Below are positions 19,319 to 26,993 of a stretch of 64,000 nt of DNA, one piece after another (position 1 is the first letter of the stretch; the number at the start of each line of letters is the position of its first letter). The notes beneath the pieces are model-generated. The model searched no databases. It was given only the letters and a program-made list of their open reading frames with translations, and was not told the DNA's origin. The DNA comes from an uncultured bacterium (GTDB lineage: Bacteria > Fidelibacterota > Marinisomatia > SCGC-AAA003-L08 > JACNLC01): assembly GCA_964527215.1 (NCBI GenBank), contig CAZGNZ010000001.1, positions 193,276 to 257,275 on the forward strand, in the 5' to 3' direction. The translations under genes were made by a program, and so were the position numbers.

Positions 19319-19352
19319 ACCGGGTGGACTGGAAAAAATCCGCCCACCCGGT
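19319..19352 (-). promoter_or_regulatory. Strong intercistronic stem-loop between the type-2 subunit gene and the giant gene of module B
   Basis: ACCGGGTGG-(16 nt loop)-CCACCCGGT, a perfect 9-bp GC-rich stem. No T-run follows on the minus strand, so it is not a canonical terminator. Its position matches that of the 2433..2464 terminator in module A. Confidence 0.45.
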
Positions 19353-19405
19353 AATAACCAAGAAAATAAAGACAGTTTCAGTTTCGATGACTCAAGTCAC
19401 CGATC

Positions 19406-21127
19406 TTAGTCGATGGTTACCTGGAAAGTAACGTACGTCGAACCGCCAGCGCCCAGAGAAGGAATCGTGAACTGAGCGGTATTATTGGAGAACGTACCGC
19501 TGTCACCGTCGGCAGCATCGGTTTTGGCAACCCCTGCCAGTGACAGAGAACCGGCAACGTAAGTGGTGTTGGCCGGAATCGGATCGGTGATTACAACCTG
19601 AGTGGCCTGACCGGTTCCGATGTTCATGATATCTACCTGATAAGTCAGGACCGTTCCCGGAGGCTGGGGACCTTCCGGAGTCACGGATTTGACCAGGGAC
19701 AATGAAGGTGCGGTCACGGTCACAACCATTTCACCGGAATCACTGACAGCAGGATTACCGACGGAAGTTGCGGTGACAGAAATGACTTCTTCCGTGCCGT
19801 CGTTCGTACCGGCAGGAACGGTTGTCAGCGCGATAATGCACACCGTTTCATCGGCTGCAAGGGACCCCAGATCAATGATACCGTCATTGTTGGTGTCGGT
19901 TAACAAGATGTCATCCGGATCAATGGTACCGTTGCCGTTGAAATCCCAGTAGAAAGTCCACAGCCAGAAATTGCTGACATACGAAATGTTAAATATATCG
20001 TCGCCGTTACCGTCATTGGTGAAACAGAGACTGTATGTCACTTCATCACCCGGATCAGCGAATGCCAGATCATCATCGCCTGCGGTCACGCCGTAAACCT
20101 GTCCCACAACCATTGGTCCGCCGGTAATTTCTTCCGGAGGAAGCGGTGAACCTTCAGGATTTTCAGTTTCAACCGTGACATCAACCGGAATGGTTGTGCC
20201 TTCGGGCACGCCGTCATTCACAACTACCTGATAGAAAACACAGTATTCTTCCTGAGGTGCGATATCACCGAGAAAGAAAGTCGCAGAGTTGGCATTGGTG
20301 ACATTGAAGTCGCCTGCAAATTCAACCGGATATTCCACACCGTCGTCAGCATCCGTCAGAGGATTGGAATTGGGATAGTCATTGCTGGTGTAGAAAGCCA
20401 TGGTTTCAGGTGCATAGGTTGTATTGTCCGGAATGAATCCGATCAGTGAAGTATTGAAGCCAATCGCTGAACCGGTATTTTCCGTACATACCGAAATAGT
20501 GACGGTACCGCCGGGAAGCGGATTTTCATCATCCAGCGTGATTTCAGTTTCCATTACCGCTGTTGAGACGGTCGTGGTCAGGTTTGAGCTGTCGGATACC
20601 TGATCATCAAACTGGGAAACAGCCGTTACCGCAGTCTGAATCACGGTGCCGTTGTCAGCTCCGCCGTCGGTGGTATCTGTGATTTTGATGATGATGTCCA
20701 GTGACTCATCCGCGGCAAGGAGGCCGGTATCCGTGATAATGGCATCGTTGCCGTCGATAATACCGTTGCCGTTTTCATCCAGATAGATTTCCACATCAAA
20801 TTCGCCTGCACCCGTAATCTGCGAGATTTGACTCAGATCGAATACATCATCTCCGTTACCGGTATTCACCACATCCATGGGATACAGTTTAACACCGCCG
20901 GCTGCGATGTTTGAGGATGTCTGGTCCGGAATGAGATCCACACCGGCAACCTGACTGACGATTGTGGTGACAACATTGGAAGTTACCTGCGCCAGGGAGT
21001 TTCCGTTGGCGTCTTTATAGTTGCCGTAAGCAACGTTGGTGATGCTGGTACCGGCAGGCGTACCGGCTGCAAAGACCAAACTCATGGCCAGTGCTGTGAC
21101 GATTAATATAATTGAATTTCTTTTCAT
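19406..21127 (-). CDS. Secreted multi-domain DUF11 protein, 'type 2' subunit (module B)
   Basis: 573-aa ORF with signal peptide MKRNSIILIVTALAMSLVFAAG and GGAG upstream of the ATG. TPAGTSITNVAYGNYKDANGN... is collinear with 2523..4247 over the full length. The C-terminus is ...GSTYVTFQVTID. Confidence 0.88.
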   Translation of the reverse strand: MKRNSIILIVTALAMSLVFAAGTPAGTSITNVAYGNYKDANGNSLAQVTSNVVTTIVSQVAGVDLIPDQTSSNIAAGGVKLYPMDVVNTGNGDDVFDLSQISQITGAGEFDVEIYLDENGNGIIDGNDAIITDTGLLAADESLDIIIKITDTTDGGADNGTVIQTAVTAVSQFDDQVSDSSNLTTTVSTAVMETEITLDDENPLPGGTVTISVCTENTGSAIGFNTSLIGFIPDNTTYAPETMAFYTSNDYPNSNPLTDADDGVEYPVEFAGDFNVTNANSATFFLGDIAPQEEYCVFYQVVVNDGVPEGTTIPVDVTVETENPEGSPLPPEEITGGPMVVGQVYGVTAGDDDLAFADPGDEVTYSLCFTNDGNGDDIFNISYVSNFWLWTFYWDFNGNGTIDPDDILLTDTNNDGIIDLGSLAADETVCIIALTTVPAGTNDGTEEVISVTATSVGNPAVSDSGEMVVTVTAPSLSLVKSVTPEGPQPPGTVLTYQVDIMNIGTGQATQVVITDPIPANTTYVAGSLSLAGVAKTDAADGDSGTFSNNTAQFTIPSLGAGGSTYVTFQVTID

Positions 21128-21140
21128 TGCTCCAGTTTCC

Positions 21141-22868
21141 TTAGTTAATGACTACTTGAAAGGTTATGTATGTTGACCCGCCGGGGCCCATTGTCGGGAT
21201 TTGAAACTCCACCTGATTGCTGGAAAAAGTTCCGCTGTCTCCGTCGGCGGCATCTGTTTTGGCAACCCCGGCTACAGTCATACTGCCCGATATGTAAGTG
21301 GTGTGGGCAGGAACTGCGTCCGTAATGACCACGTCGGTTGCCTGACCTGTACCGGCATTCAGAACATCTACTCTGTATGTCAGCACAGTTCCGGGAGGCT
21401 GTTCTCCTTCCGGTGTCACGGATTTGTTAAGACTCAGAATTGGGGCCGTTACGGTGGTCGTAATGGTACCCGAGTCTGAAACAGTGTCGTCAAAAACGGA
21501 TGTTGCCGTTACCGTCATCACATCCACCGTCCCGTCATTGGTGCCGGCCGGGATGGCACTGGTGCCGATAATGCAGACCGTTTCGTCCTGATCCAGAGTA
21601 CCCAGATCGATAACACCGTCGGAATTGGTGTCTGTCAGCTCGGTATCGTCCGGATCGATGTTTCCGTTTCCGTTTGAATCAAAATAGAAAGTCCAGGACC
21701 AGAAGTTGCTGACATATGAAATGTTGAATACGTCTTCACCGTTTCCTGTGTTGGTGAAACAGATACTGTACGTCACTTCATCACCAGGATCAGCGACTGC
21801 GGTATCATCATCACCCGCTTCGACTCCGGCGAACTGATCAACAATGGAAGGATCACCATGATAGGTACCCGGTGGGTAGGGTGTCCCCTCGCCGTTTTCA
21901 AATGTCACATCTACTTCCGGCTGGATGGTGGTTCCGGCAGGTGTGCCGTCAACAACCACAACCTGATAGAAAACACAGCCTTCATCCATCGGAGCGGCAT
22001 CTCCCCAAACAACTGTGACCAGATCCGCATTGGTAACATTGAAATCACCTTCTGTGGCCGGGGGGTATTCCACCCCGTCATCTGCATCAGTCAGAGGATT
22101 GGCATTGGCAAACTCATCCGTCGGATAGTAACCGAGAGTACCCGGTACATATGTTGTATTTTCCGGGATTTCTCCGATGAAGGTGAGGTCGTAGGAGGTT
22201 GCAGACCCCGTGTTTTCAAAGCAGACTGAATATGTGATTGTCTCACCCGGCAGCGGACTGACGTCACTTGGCGTGACGGTGACATCCAGCACTGAAGCGG
22301 CCACGGTGTGATCCGTATCTGCCGTGTCAGTTACCGTGTCATCAAACTCTGATACGGCCGTGATCACCGAAGCGACATTGGCACCGTCAGGTGCTCCGCC
22401 GTTCGTGATATCCGTGATCAGGTATATCAGATCAAGCTCTTCATCAGCCGCCATCTCGGGGGTGATGGCAATCGGGGCGTCCAATCCGTCAATAACACCG
22501 TTTCCATTTATATCGTGATACAGTTCCACTGTAAAGGAAGCATCACCGGTAATGGTGGTGTTCACGGAAAGGGTGAACTGGTCGTTGCAGTTTCCAGTGT
22601 TTGTCAATGTCAGGGATGACAAATGAGTTGACTGGGTCGGGATGGTGTTTGACAGCAATGCAGGATGCAGGTCAACACCGGCGACCTGACTGACCGTCGT
22701 AGTAACCGTGTTGGATGTAACCTGGGCCAGGGAATTGCCGTTGGCATCCTTGTAATCCCCATAGGCTACATTTGTGATGGTTGTTCCGCAGGGGGTCCCG
22801 GCACCGAATGCCGTCGACCACAGCAGAACTGTCATCAATATTCCAGTATTAAAGCGTAGTAGCTTCAC
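21141..22868 (-). CDS. Secreted multi-domain DUF11 protein, 'type 1' subunit (module B)
   Basis: The ORF track gives 21141..22976. I place the start at GTG 22868, because AGAAAGGAGACAGTT precedes it (same RBS and spacing as paralog 4258..5985). This gives VKLLRFNTGILMTVLLWSTAFGAG. It shares the type-1 Cys pattern (GTPCGT, NTGNCND). Confidence 0.85.
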   Translation of the reverse strand: MKLLRFNTGILMTVLLWSTAFGAGTPCGTTITNVAYGDYKDANGNSLAQVTSNTVTTTVSQVAGVDLHPALLSNTIPTQSTHLSSLTLTNTGNCNDQFTLSVNTTITGDASFTVELYHDINGNGVIDGLDAPIAITPEMAADEELDLIYLITDITNGGAPDGANVASVITAVSEFDDTVTDTADTDHTVAASVLDVTVTPSDVSPLPGETITYSVCFENTGSATSYDLTFIGEIPENTTYVPGTLGYYPTDEFANANPLTDADDGVEYPPATEGDFNVTNADLVTVVWGDAAPMDEGCVFYQVVVVDGTPAGTTIQPEVDVTFENGEGTPYPPGTYHGDPSIVDQFAGVEAGDDDTAVADPGDEVTYSICFTNTGNGEDVFNISYVSNFWSWTFYFDSNGNGNIDPDDTELTDTNSDGVIDLGTLDQDETVCIIGTSAIPAGTNDGTVDVMTVTATSVFDDTVSDSGTITTTVTAPILSLNKSVTPEGEQPPGTVLTYRVDVLNAGTGQATDVVITDAVPAHTTYISGSMTVAGVAKTDAADGDSGTFSSNQVEFQIPTMGPGGSTYITFQVVIN

Positions 22869-22985
22869 AACTGTCTCCTTTCTTCTATCTTCTTGGTTTT
22901 TCGCATCTAATTGCGAGTGCCCGCAGTGTTTACGGCGGACATTGGTTTTTCTGAAGTTTTGTATTTTGGTTAACATTGATATTCT

Positions 22986-23477
22986 CTATTTAATGACTGC
23001 CAGAAATGTGTACTCACGTGATTCTCCCGGTTCCAGATCGGACAGAATCTGCCAGCGAATATGCGTGACGTCCTTTGCCTCTGCCGGTATTTCGACGGGA
23101 TTTCCGTTCTCATCAAGCTTGATTTTTGTTGGTGGCCATTCCTGAAATCTGCTGCCGTCGATACTGAAAGTGACGTCAGCATCATCAAAGGAGGCGGTTT
23201 CGGCGATGTACGCCACACCTTCCGGCAGAGGATCCACCACAGCCGCTTCAGTCATCAGCGCATCACCGATATTGGCTGCAGAAATCGTGTAGCGCAGTGT
23301 GTCCCCAGGTGAAAATGTGAGTTCGCCGCTTTCCTGCTCCTGCGGCGTTTTGCTGAGTTTTTCAGGGGTTATCTGAATGGATAATTCCGGCTGCGCAAGC
23401 AGCAGGCCCATGCAGACTGTCAGCAGTATTGGGAATTGAATTGTTTTCACTGGTTGCTCCATTGTAGGTATTGTCAT
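22986..23477 (-). CDS. Small secreted single-DUF11-domain protein (module B)
   Basis: 163-aa ORF with a hydrophobic N-terminus (FPILLTVCMGLLLAQP). LTFSPGDTLRYTISAANIGDALMTEAAVVDPLPEGVAY...REYTFLAVIK is paralogous to 6315..6779. ATGA start/stop overlap with the upstream gene. The exact start (23477 or 23462) is uncertain. Confidence 0.8.
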   Translation of the reverse strand: MTIPTMEQPVKTIQFPILLTVCMGLLLAQPELSIQITPEKLSKTPQEQESGELTFSPGDTLRYTISAANIGDALMTEAAVVDPLPEGVAYIAETASFDDADVTFSIDGSRFQEWPPTKIKLDENGNPVEIPAEAKDVTHIRWQILSDLEPGESREYTFLAVIK

Positions 23478-26029
23478 TGAATAATAACTTTAAATTCAAC
23501 TGTTTGTGATTCACCATCCAGTAACGGTACTGTCCGCATGAACTGCAGATGCGTGATGTTTTCGTTTTCATTGCCTGAGTATGTAAAACCGCCGTCGGCG
23601 CTGTAGGTGACGGTCATGTATTCACCGGCCGAGGATCCGGGCAGATAATGGGTGTTTTCCGGAATGCTTTCATGGATGAGAACCAGGCTGGCATAGTCAT
23701 CGCCGATATTGCTGTAATGGATGGTATAATTAAGGGTATCTCCCGGCACCGCAAGCTCATGATCCACTTCCTTGATCAGGGTCAGAAGGGGACCGAGCAC
23801 CTGCACCGGTGCCGTTGATCCCGTAGTAACCGGATCGAAATTGTCTCCGTCTGCCTGTGCCGAATTGGTGTAGGTTCCGCGATCCAGACCGACATTCACG
23901 TTGAATGACAAATAGCCGGGATCGGGTGCGCTGCTGCTGAGATTCCAGCTGCCCGACCATGTCAGAACATTATCCGATATTGTCGGATCATCACTGGTCA
24001 GACCTGATGAGGTCCCGGGAACATAGGAGAATTGTACCGGCAGGATGTCCGCGATTTCCGTGACATTGGCTGTTCCGGTGCCAATATTTTGAACCGCAAT
24101 GGTGTATGCCATTACGGAACCGGAACTGATGGAGTCCGCTGCCGCCGTCTTTTGTATATAAATCTGCGGATCAGATGATATCAGGGTTTCTACCGGATCA
24201 CTGATGAGGAATTCTGAATCCGATTCAAGGAAGGCAGTGTTGATGATGACCGAACTGTCCGGCAGACCGTCGGCAGTTTCCACCGTCAGAGTAACAGTGC
24301 CCGGAGTATCGGGAGCTACCTCACCCAGCAGCCAGGTGACGGTGTGAAGCCCGATGTCGTAAAAGCCGTTATCGCTGGCGCTGACAAAGCTGACATCGTT
24401 TGAGAGTGTATCCGTGACAACGACATTCTGCGCCCGGTCGGATCCCTCGTTGGAAAACTGCAGTGCATACTCGATGGAAGCCCCCGGTTCACTGAGCGCC
24501 GGTCCCGATTTATTGATGAACATTGATGCCGCGGAGGATATCTCGGTTTCAGCAGACCCTTCGCCTGCAGCCCCCTCGAAGGATATCAGCTCGACTTCGT
24601 TTTGGATGACTGTTCCGTCCGGAATAACCGCGTCGGTCTGAACGGTTAGAACCAGCTGAACTGTTTCTCCGGCCTCTATGGAGCTGATCGTCCAGGTGAC
24701 CTCATGACTGCCGCTGCTGTAGGATCCATTGTCCGATGCGCTGACAAACTGCAGATAATCAGACAGTTCATCAGTCACGACGATACCGGTGCCAACTGCG
24801 CTTCCGAAGTTGGTGATGGTAACCGCATAGGTAATTTCTTCACCGGCATCTGCACTGGGCGGGGCACTTTTCGCAACCCAAAATGCGGGCATGGCATTGA
24901 TGGACGTGGTGGTGTAGTCGGAGTCAGTGACATCCTCACTGCAGGTGATTTCCGCAGTATTGGTGATCAGTGTTCCATCCGAAACAAACGGGGAAATGCC
25001 CACTGTCAGGGTCAGGGTGTCGATTTCTCCAGGCTGCAGCGTACCGACAGACCAGGAAATCTCCTCCGACCAGACATCGTAACTTCCATTGTGGGATGCT
25101 GAGATGAAATAGGTTTCAAACGGCAGGTGATCTGTTACAACCACATTTGTGGCCGCGTCGTTTCCGATATTCGAAATCACCAGCTGATAATCCAGATGGC
25201 AGATGTCGCCGTTCCAGTCGTCGTCGTCATCATCGTCATCATCGTCGTCATCGTCGTCACCCCAGCCGCCGTCATCTCCGCCATAATCCGGGTCCCAGTC
25301 ATCAAGATCACCCAGATAGCAGTCGCAGTCGCTGTAGGGGATGTCATCATCATCGTCATCGTCGTCATCCCCGCCTTCATCGTCGTCATCATCATCCCCG
25401 CCTTCATCATCGTCATCGTCGTCGTCACCCCATCCGTCGTCATTGTCCCCGCCTTCGAAATCAAAATCATCTGATCCGCCGCTGCAGACATTGAGAAACA
25501 ACTCTGAAAGTTTGTCTATCACCAGCACCGGATCAGATTCCACTGTGGTAAGGCAGGTCGCGGATTCGCTGAGTCCGCTGTCTCCGACTGCCAGAATTTC
25601 ATTGCTCAGTTCCGTATTGTTCTGCAGCGGGGATGCAACCTGGGTCACAATCGTTAGAGTATCTGAGGAAAGAGGAAGCAGTTCATTGAAATTCCAACTG
25701 ACTGAATGGGTTTGAGAATCATAACTGCCGCCGGTGGAATTGATGTAAGTCACATCAAGCGGCAGCAGGTCAGACATCAGCACGCCGGCAGCGGACTCAT
25801 CGCACGGATTTGTGAGTGTCACCGTGTAATTCAGGTATTCTCCGGCTTCCACGGATTCCGGAGCGGTCACAGCGAGTGAAACGTGACAGTCAGGATTCTC
25901 GGAAAACAGGAATTTGACAGACAATAGCAGCACCGCTGCCGCAATAAACAGGCGGATGGCCGAGCGCTTTGAGGCGTTCGAGCCGTCGAATGAAAACGGG
26001 GAATCAGTTTGCGGTTTCAAGTGGTGCAT
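23474..26029 (-). CDS. Secreted multi-DUF11 protein with an internal poly-Asp insert (variable 'head' protein of module B)
   Basis: The ORF track gives 23474..26152. I prefer ATG 26029 (MHHLKPQTD...AIRLFIAAAVLLLSVKFLF), because the longer version overlaps the upstream gene by 107 nt. It has at least six DUF11-type units (e.g. AGEEITYAVTITNFGSAVGTGIVVTDELSDYLQFVS). The C-terminal ~220 aa is homologous to 6796..8286. Confidence 0.85.
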   Translation of the reverse strand: MHHLKPQTDSPFSFDGSNASKRSAIRLFIAAAVLLLSVKFLFSENPDCHVSLAVTAPESVEAGEYLNYTVTLTNPCDESAAGVLMSDLLPLDVTYINSTGGSYDSQTHSVSWNFNELLPLSSDTLTIVTQVASPLQNNTELSNEILAVGDSGLSESATCLTTVESDPVLVIDKLSELFLNVCSGGSDDFDFEGGDNDDGWGDDDDDDDEGGDDDDDDEGGDDDDDDDDDIPYSDCDCYLGDLDDWDPDYGGDDGGWGDDDDDDDDDDDDDDWNGDICHLDYQLVISNIGNDAATNVVVTDHLPFETYFISASHNGSYDVWSEEISWSVGTLQPGEIDTLTLTVGISPFVSDGTLITNTAEITCSEDVTDSDYTTTSINAMPAFWVAKSAPPSADAGEEITYAVTITNFGSAVGTGIVVTDELSDYLQFVSASDNGSYSSGSHEVTWTISSIEAGETVQLVLTVQTDAVIPDGTVIQNEVELISFEGAAGEGSAETEISSAASMFINKSGPALSEPGASIEYALQFSNEGSDRAQNVVVTDTLSNDVSFVSASDNGFYDIGLHTVTWLLGEVAPDTPGTVTLTVETADGLPDSSVIINTAFLESDSEFLISDPVETLISSDPQIYIQKTAAADSISSGSVMAYTIAVQNIGTGTANVTEIADILPVQFSYVPGTSSGLTSDDPTISDNVLTWSGSWNLSSSAPDPGYLSFNVNVGLDRGTYTNSAQADGDNFDPVTTGSTAPVQVLGPLLTLIKEVDHELAVPGDTLNYTIHYSNIGDDYASLVLIHESIPENTHYLPGSSAGEYMTVTYSADGGFTYSGNENENITHLQFMRTVPLLDGESQTVEFKVIIQ
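25215..25475 (-). repeat. Low-complexity GAY-codon tract encoding a ~85-aa poly-Asp/Gly/Trp insert
   Basis: It encodes GGSDDFDFEGGDNDDGWGDDDDDDDEGGDDDDDDEGGDDDDDDDDDIPYSDCDCYLGDLDDWDPDYGGDDGGWGDDDDDDDDDDDDDDWNGD inside one DUF11 unit. The + strand shows runs of gtcgtc/atcatc. Confidence 0.9.
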
Positions 26030-26045
26030 TCTGTCTGTGAATTCG

Positions 26046-26411
26046 TCAGCCGGCAAGACTTTTTGTGGATTGAGATTTGTTGATTGCAGCAAGTTCTTCC
26101 AGGCGATACGGAATTGTCGCAGTGTTGAAATCACCAGAACGAATGGTTTCAATCACATCAAGCAATTCATCATTTGCCATAAGCACCAGCTGTAACTTTC
26201 GATGAAACTTGTTGATGTATTTCACGAGGGCAAAATCACGCAGCGTTGAAACCATCAGGAGTACGGTATGAACAGATCGTGATTCAAGAATCTGGATCGC
26301 TTTTTCCAAATTGTCAGCCTCATAAACGGTGTCCGCCAGTGACATCGCCATCATTCCGTCCAGAATGCTGCTGCTGGCAAAACGACTGTGAGAAACAATT
26401 AAAACACCCAT
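26046..26411 (-). CDS. Degenerate (pseudo-)receiver-domain protein, first gene of module B
   Basis: 121-aa ORF with GGAG 5 nt upstream of the ATG. It has a CheY-like alternating pattern (VLIVSHS...TVLLMVST...LQLVLMAND...). By-eye alignment to CheY puts SH at the acidic pair, M/V at the phospho-Asp, A at the conserved T/S, and no conserved Lys. Confidence 0.6.
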   Translation of the reverse strand: MGVLIVSHSRFASSSILDGMMAMSLADTVYEADNLEKAIQILESRSVHTVLLMVSTLRDFALVKYINKFHRKLQLVLMANDELLDVIETIRSGDFNTATIPYRLEELAAINKSQSTKSLAG

Positions 26412-26450
26412 ATAAACTCCATTTACTTCCTTTCTTAATGCCTATTATTT

Positions 26451-26467
26451 ATGCAACTATCTTGCCG
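26451..26467 (-). promoter_or_regulatory. Sigma-54 (-24/-12) promoter for the module B operon
   Basis: The minus strand reads CGGCAAG-ATAG-TTGCAT, against the consensus TGGCACG-N4-TTGCW. The invariant GG and GC are at exact spacing. The -12 GC lies about 42 nt upstream of ATG 26411. A sigma-54-dependent activator gene is the immediate upstream neighbour. Confidence 0.55.
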
Positions 26468-26551
26468 TATTACATATGTATTATTTTTACAGTATGATAT
26501 AACCAGTCGAAGATGTTTTTTTGCCTTTGCAGAATGTGTGGAATATCTGCT

Positions 26552-26673
26552 TTCGGATAGGATTTTCTGACCGAAGGCTTGATGAATGTTTTATTATACT
26601 GTTAATATGTAACTTATGGTGGTATTGCCAGATTATCCGTTTATGGATAAAATATCGGATTCGGATAGTCCGA
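26552..26673. promoter_or_regulatory. Three inverted repeats sharing a CGGA/TCCG core, candidate enhancer (UAS) sites
   Basis: TTCGG-N14-CCGAA (26552..26575), TTATCC-N6-GGATAA (26633..26650) and TCGGA-TAG-TCCGA (26661..26673). They lie 85-210 nt upstream of the sigma-54 element, the usual bEBP distance. Which protein binds them is unknown. Confidence 0.3.
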
Positions 26674-26993
26674 ATTGCGGGATTTCACTGAGTGTAATCG
26701 CATTAACGAATCCACATCCTGGTGACGCGGTAATGGGGCAGGGCTGTGGCCAGTGTTAACAGCGTTAAAAAAAATGCGGTAGGCTGCGAAAAACGCGGAT
26801 TTGAAGCAATGCAATCCACAATCGGTGCGGATCGCCAGAGTTCATTCCATTTTTACACAGGTTTTGATTTGGGGTTGCTGCCGAATGTATCGGGAAATAC
26901 CAAAGCAGGTGGTTTGGAGGATGATTCAAACCGGTGGTTCACATGGCGGTTGGAACGCCGGAAATAAAAGTAAATAAGATGTACAGGTCTTAA

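Noticed and set aside
25127-25715. Four overlapping ORFs (25127..25474 +, 25147..25494 +, 25177..25491 -, 25341..25715 +) with poly-V/I, poly-R/H, poly-T/M or poly-S translations.
   Set aside because: They are alternative-frame readings of the GAY repeat that encodes the poly-Asp insert of 23474..26029. Only the poly-Asp frame is continuous with the flanking DUF11 sequence.
26929-26965. Possible hairpin (CCGGTG...CGCCGG) just downstream of the response-regulator stop, as a terminator.
   Set aside because: On the transcribed (minus) strand the stem has a C-A mismatch and no following T-run, so it is not convincing.
26746-26967. 73-aa + strand ORF in the gap between the response regulator and the pseudo-receiver.
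   Set aside because: It is on the opposite strand to all neighbours, with no RBS or motif. The region is better explained as regulatory DNA (sigma-54 promoter and inverted repeats lie nearby).
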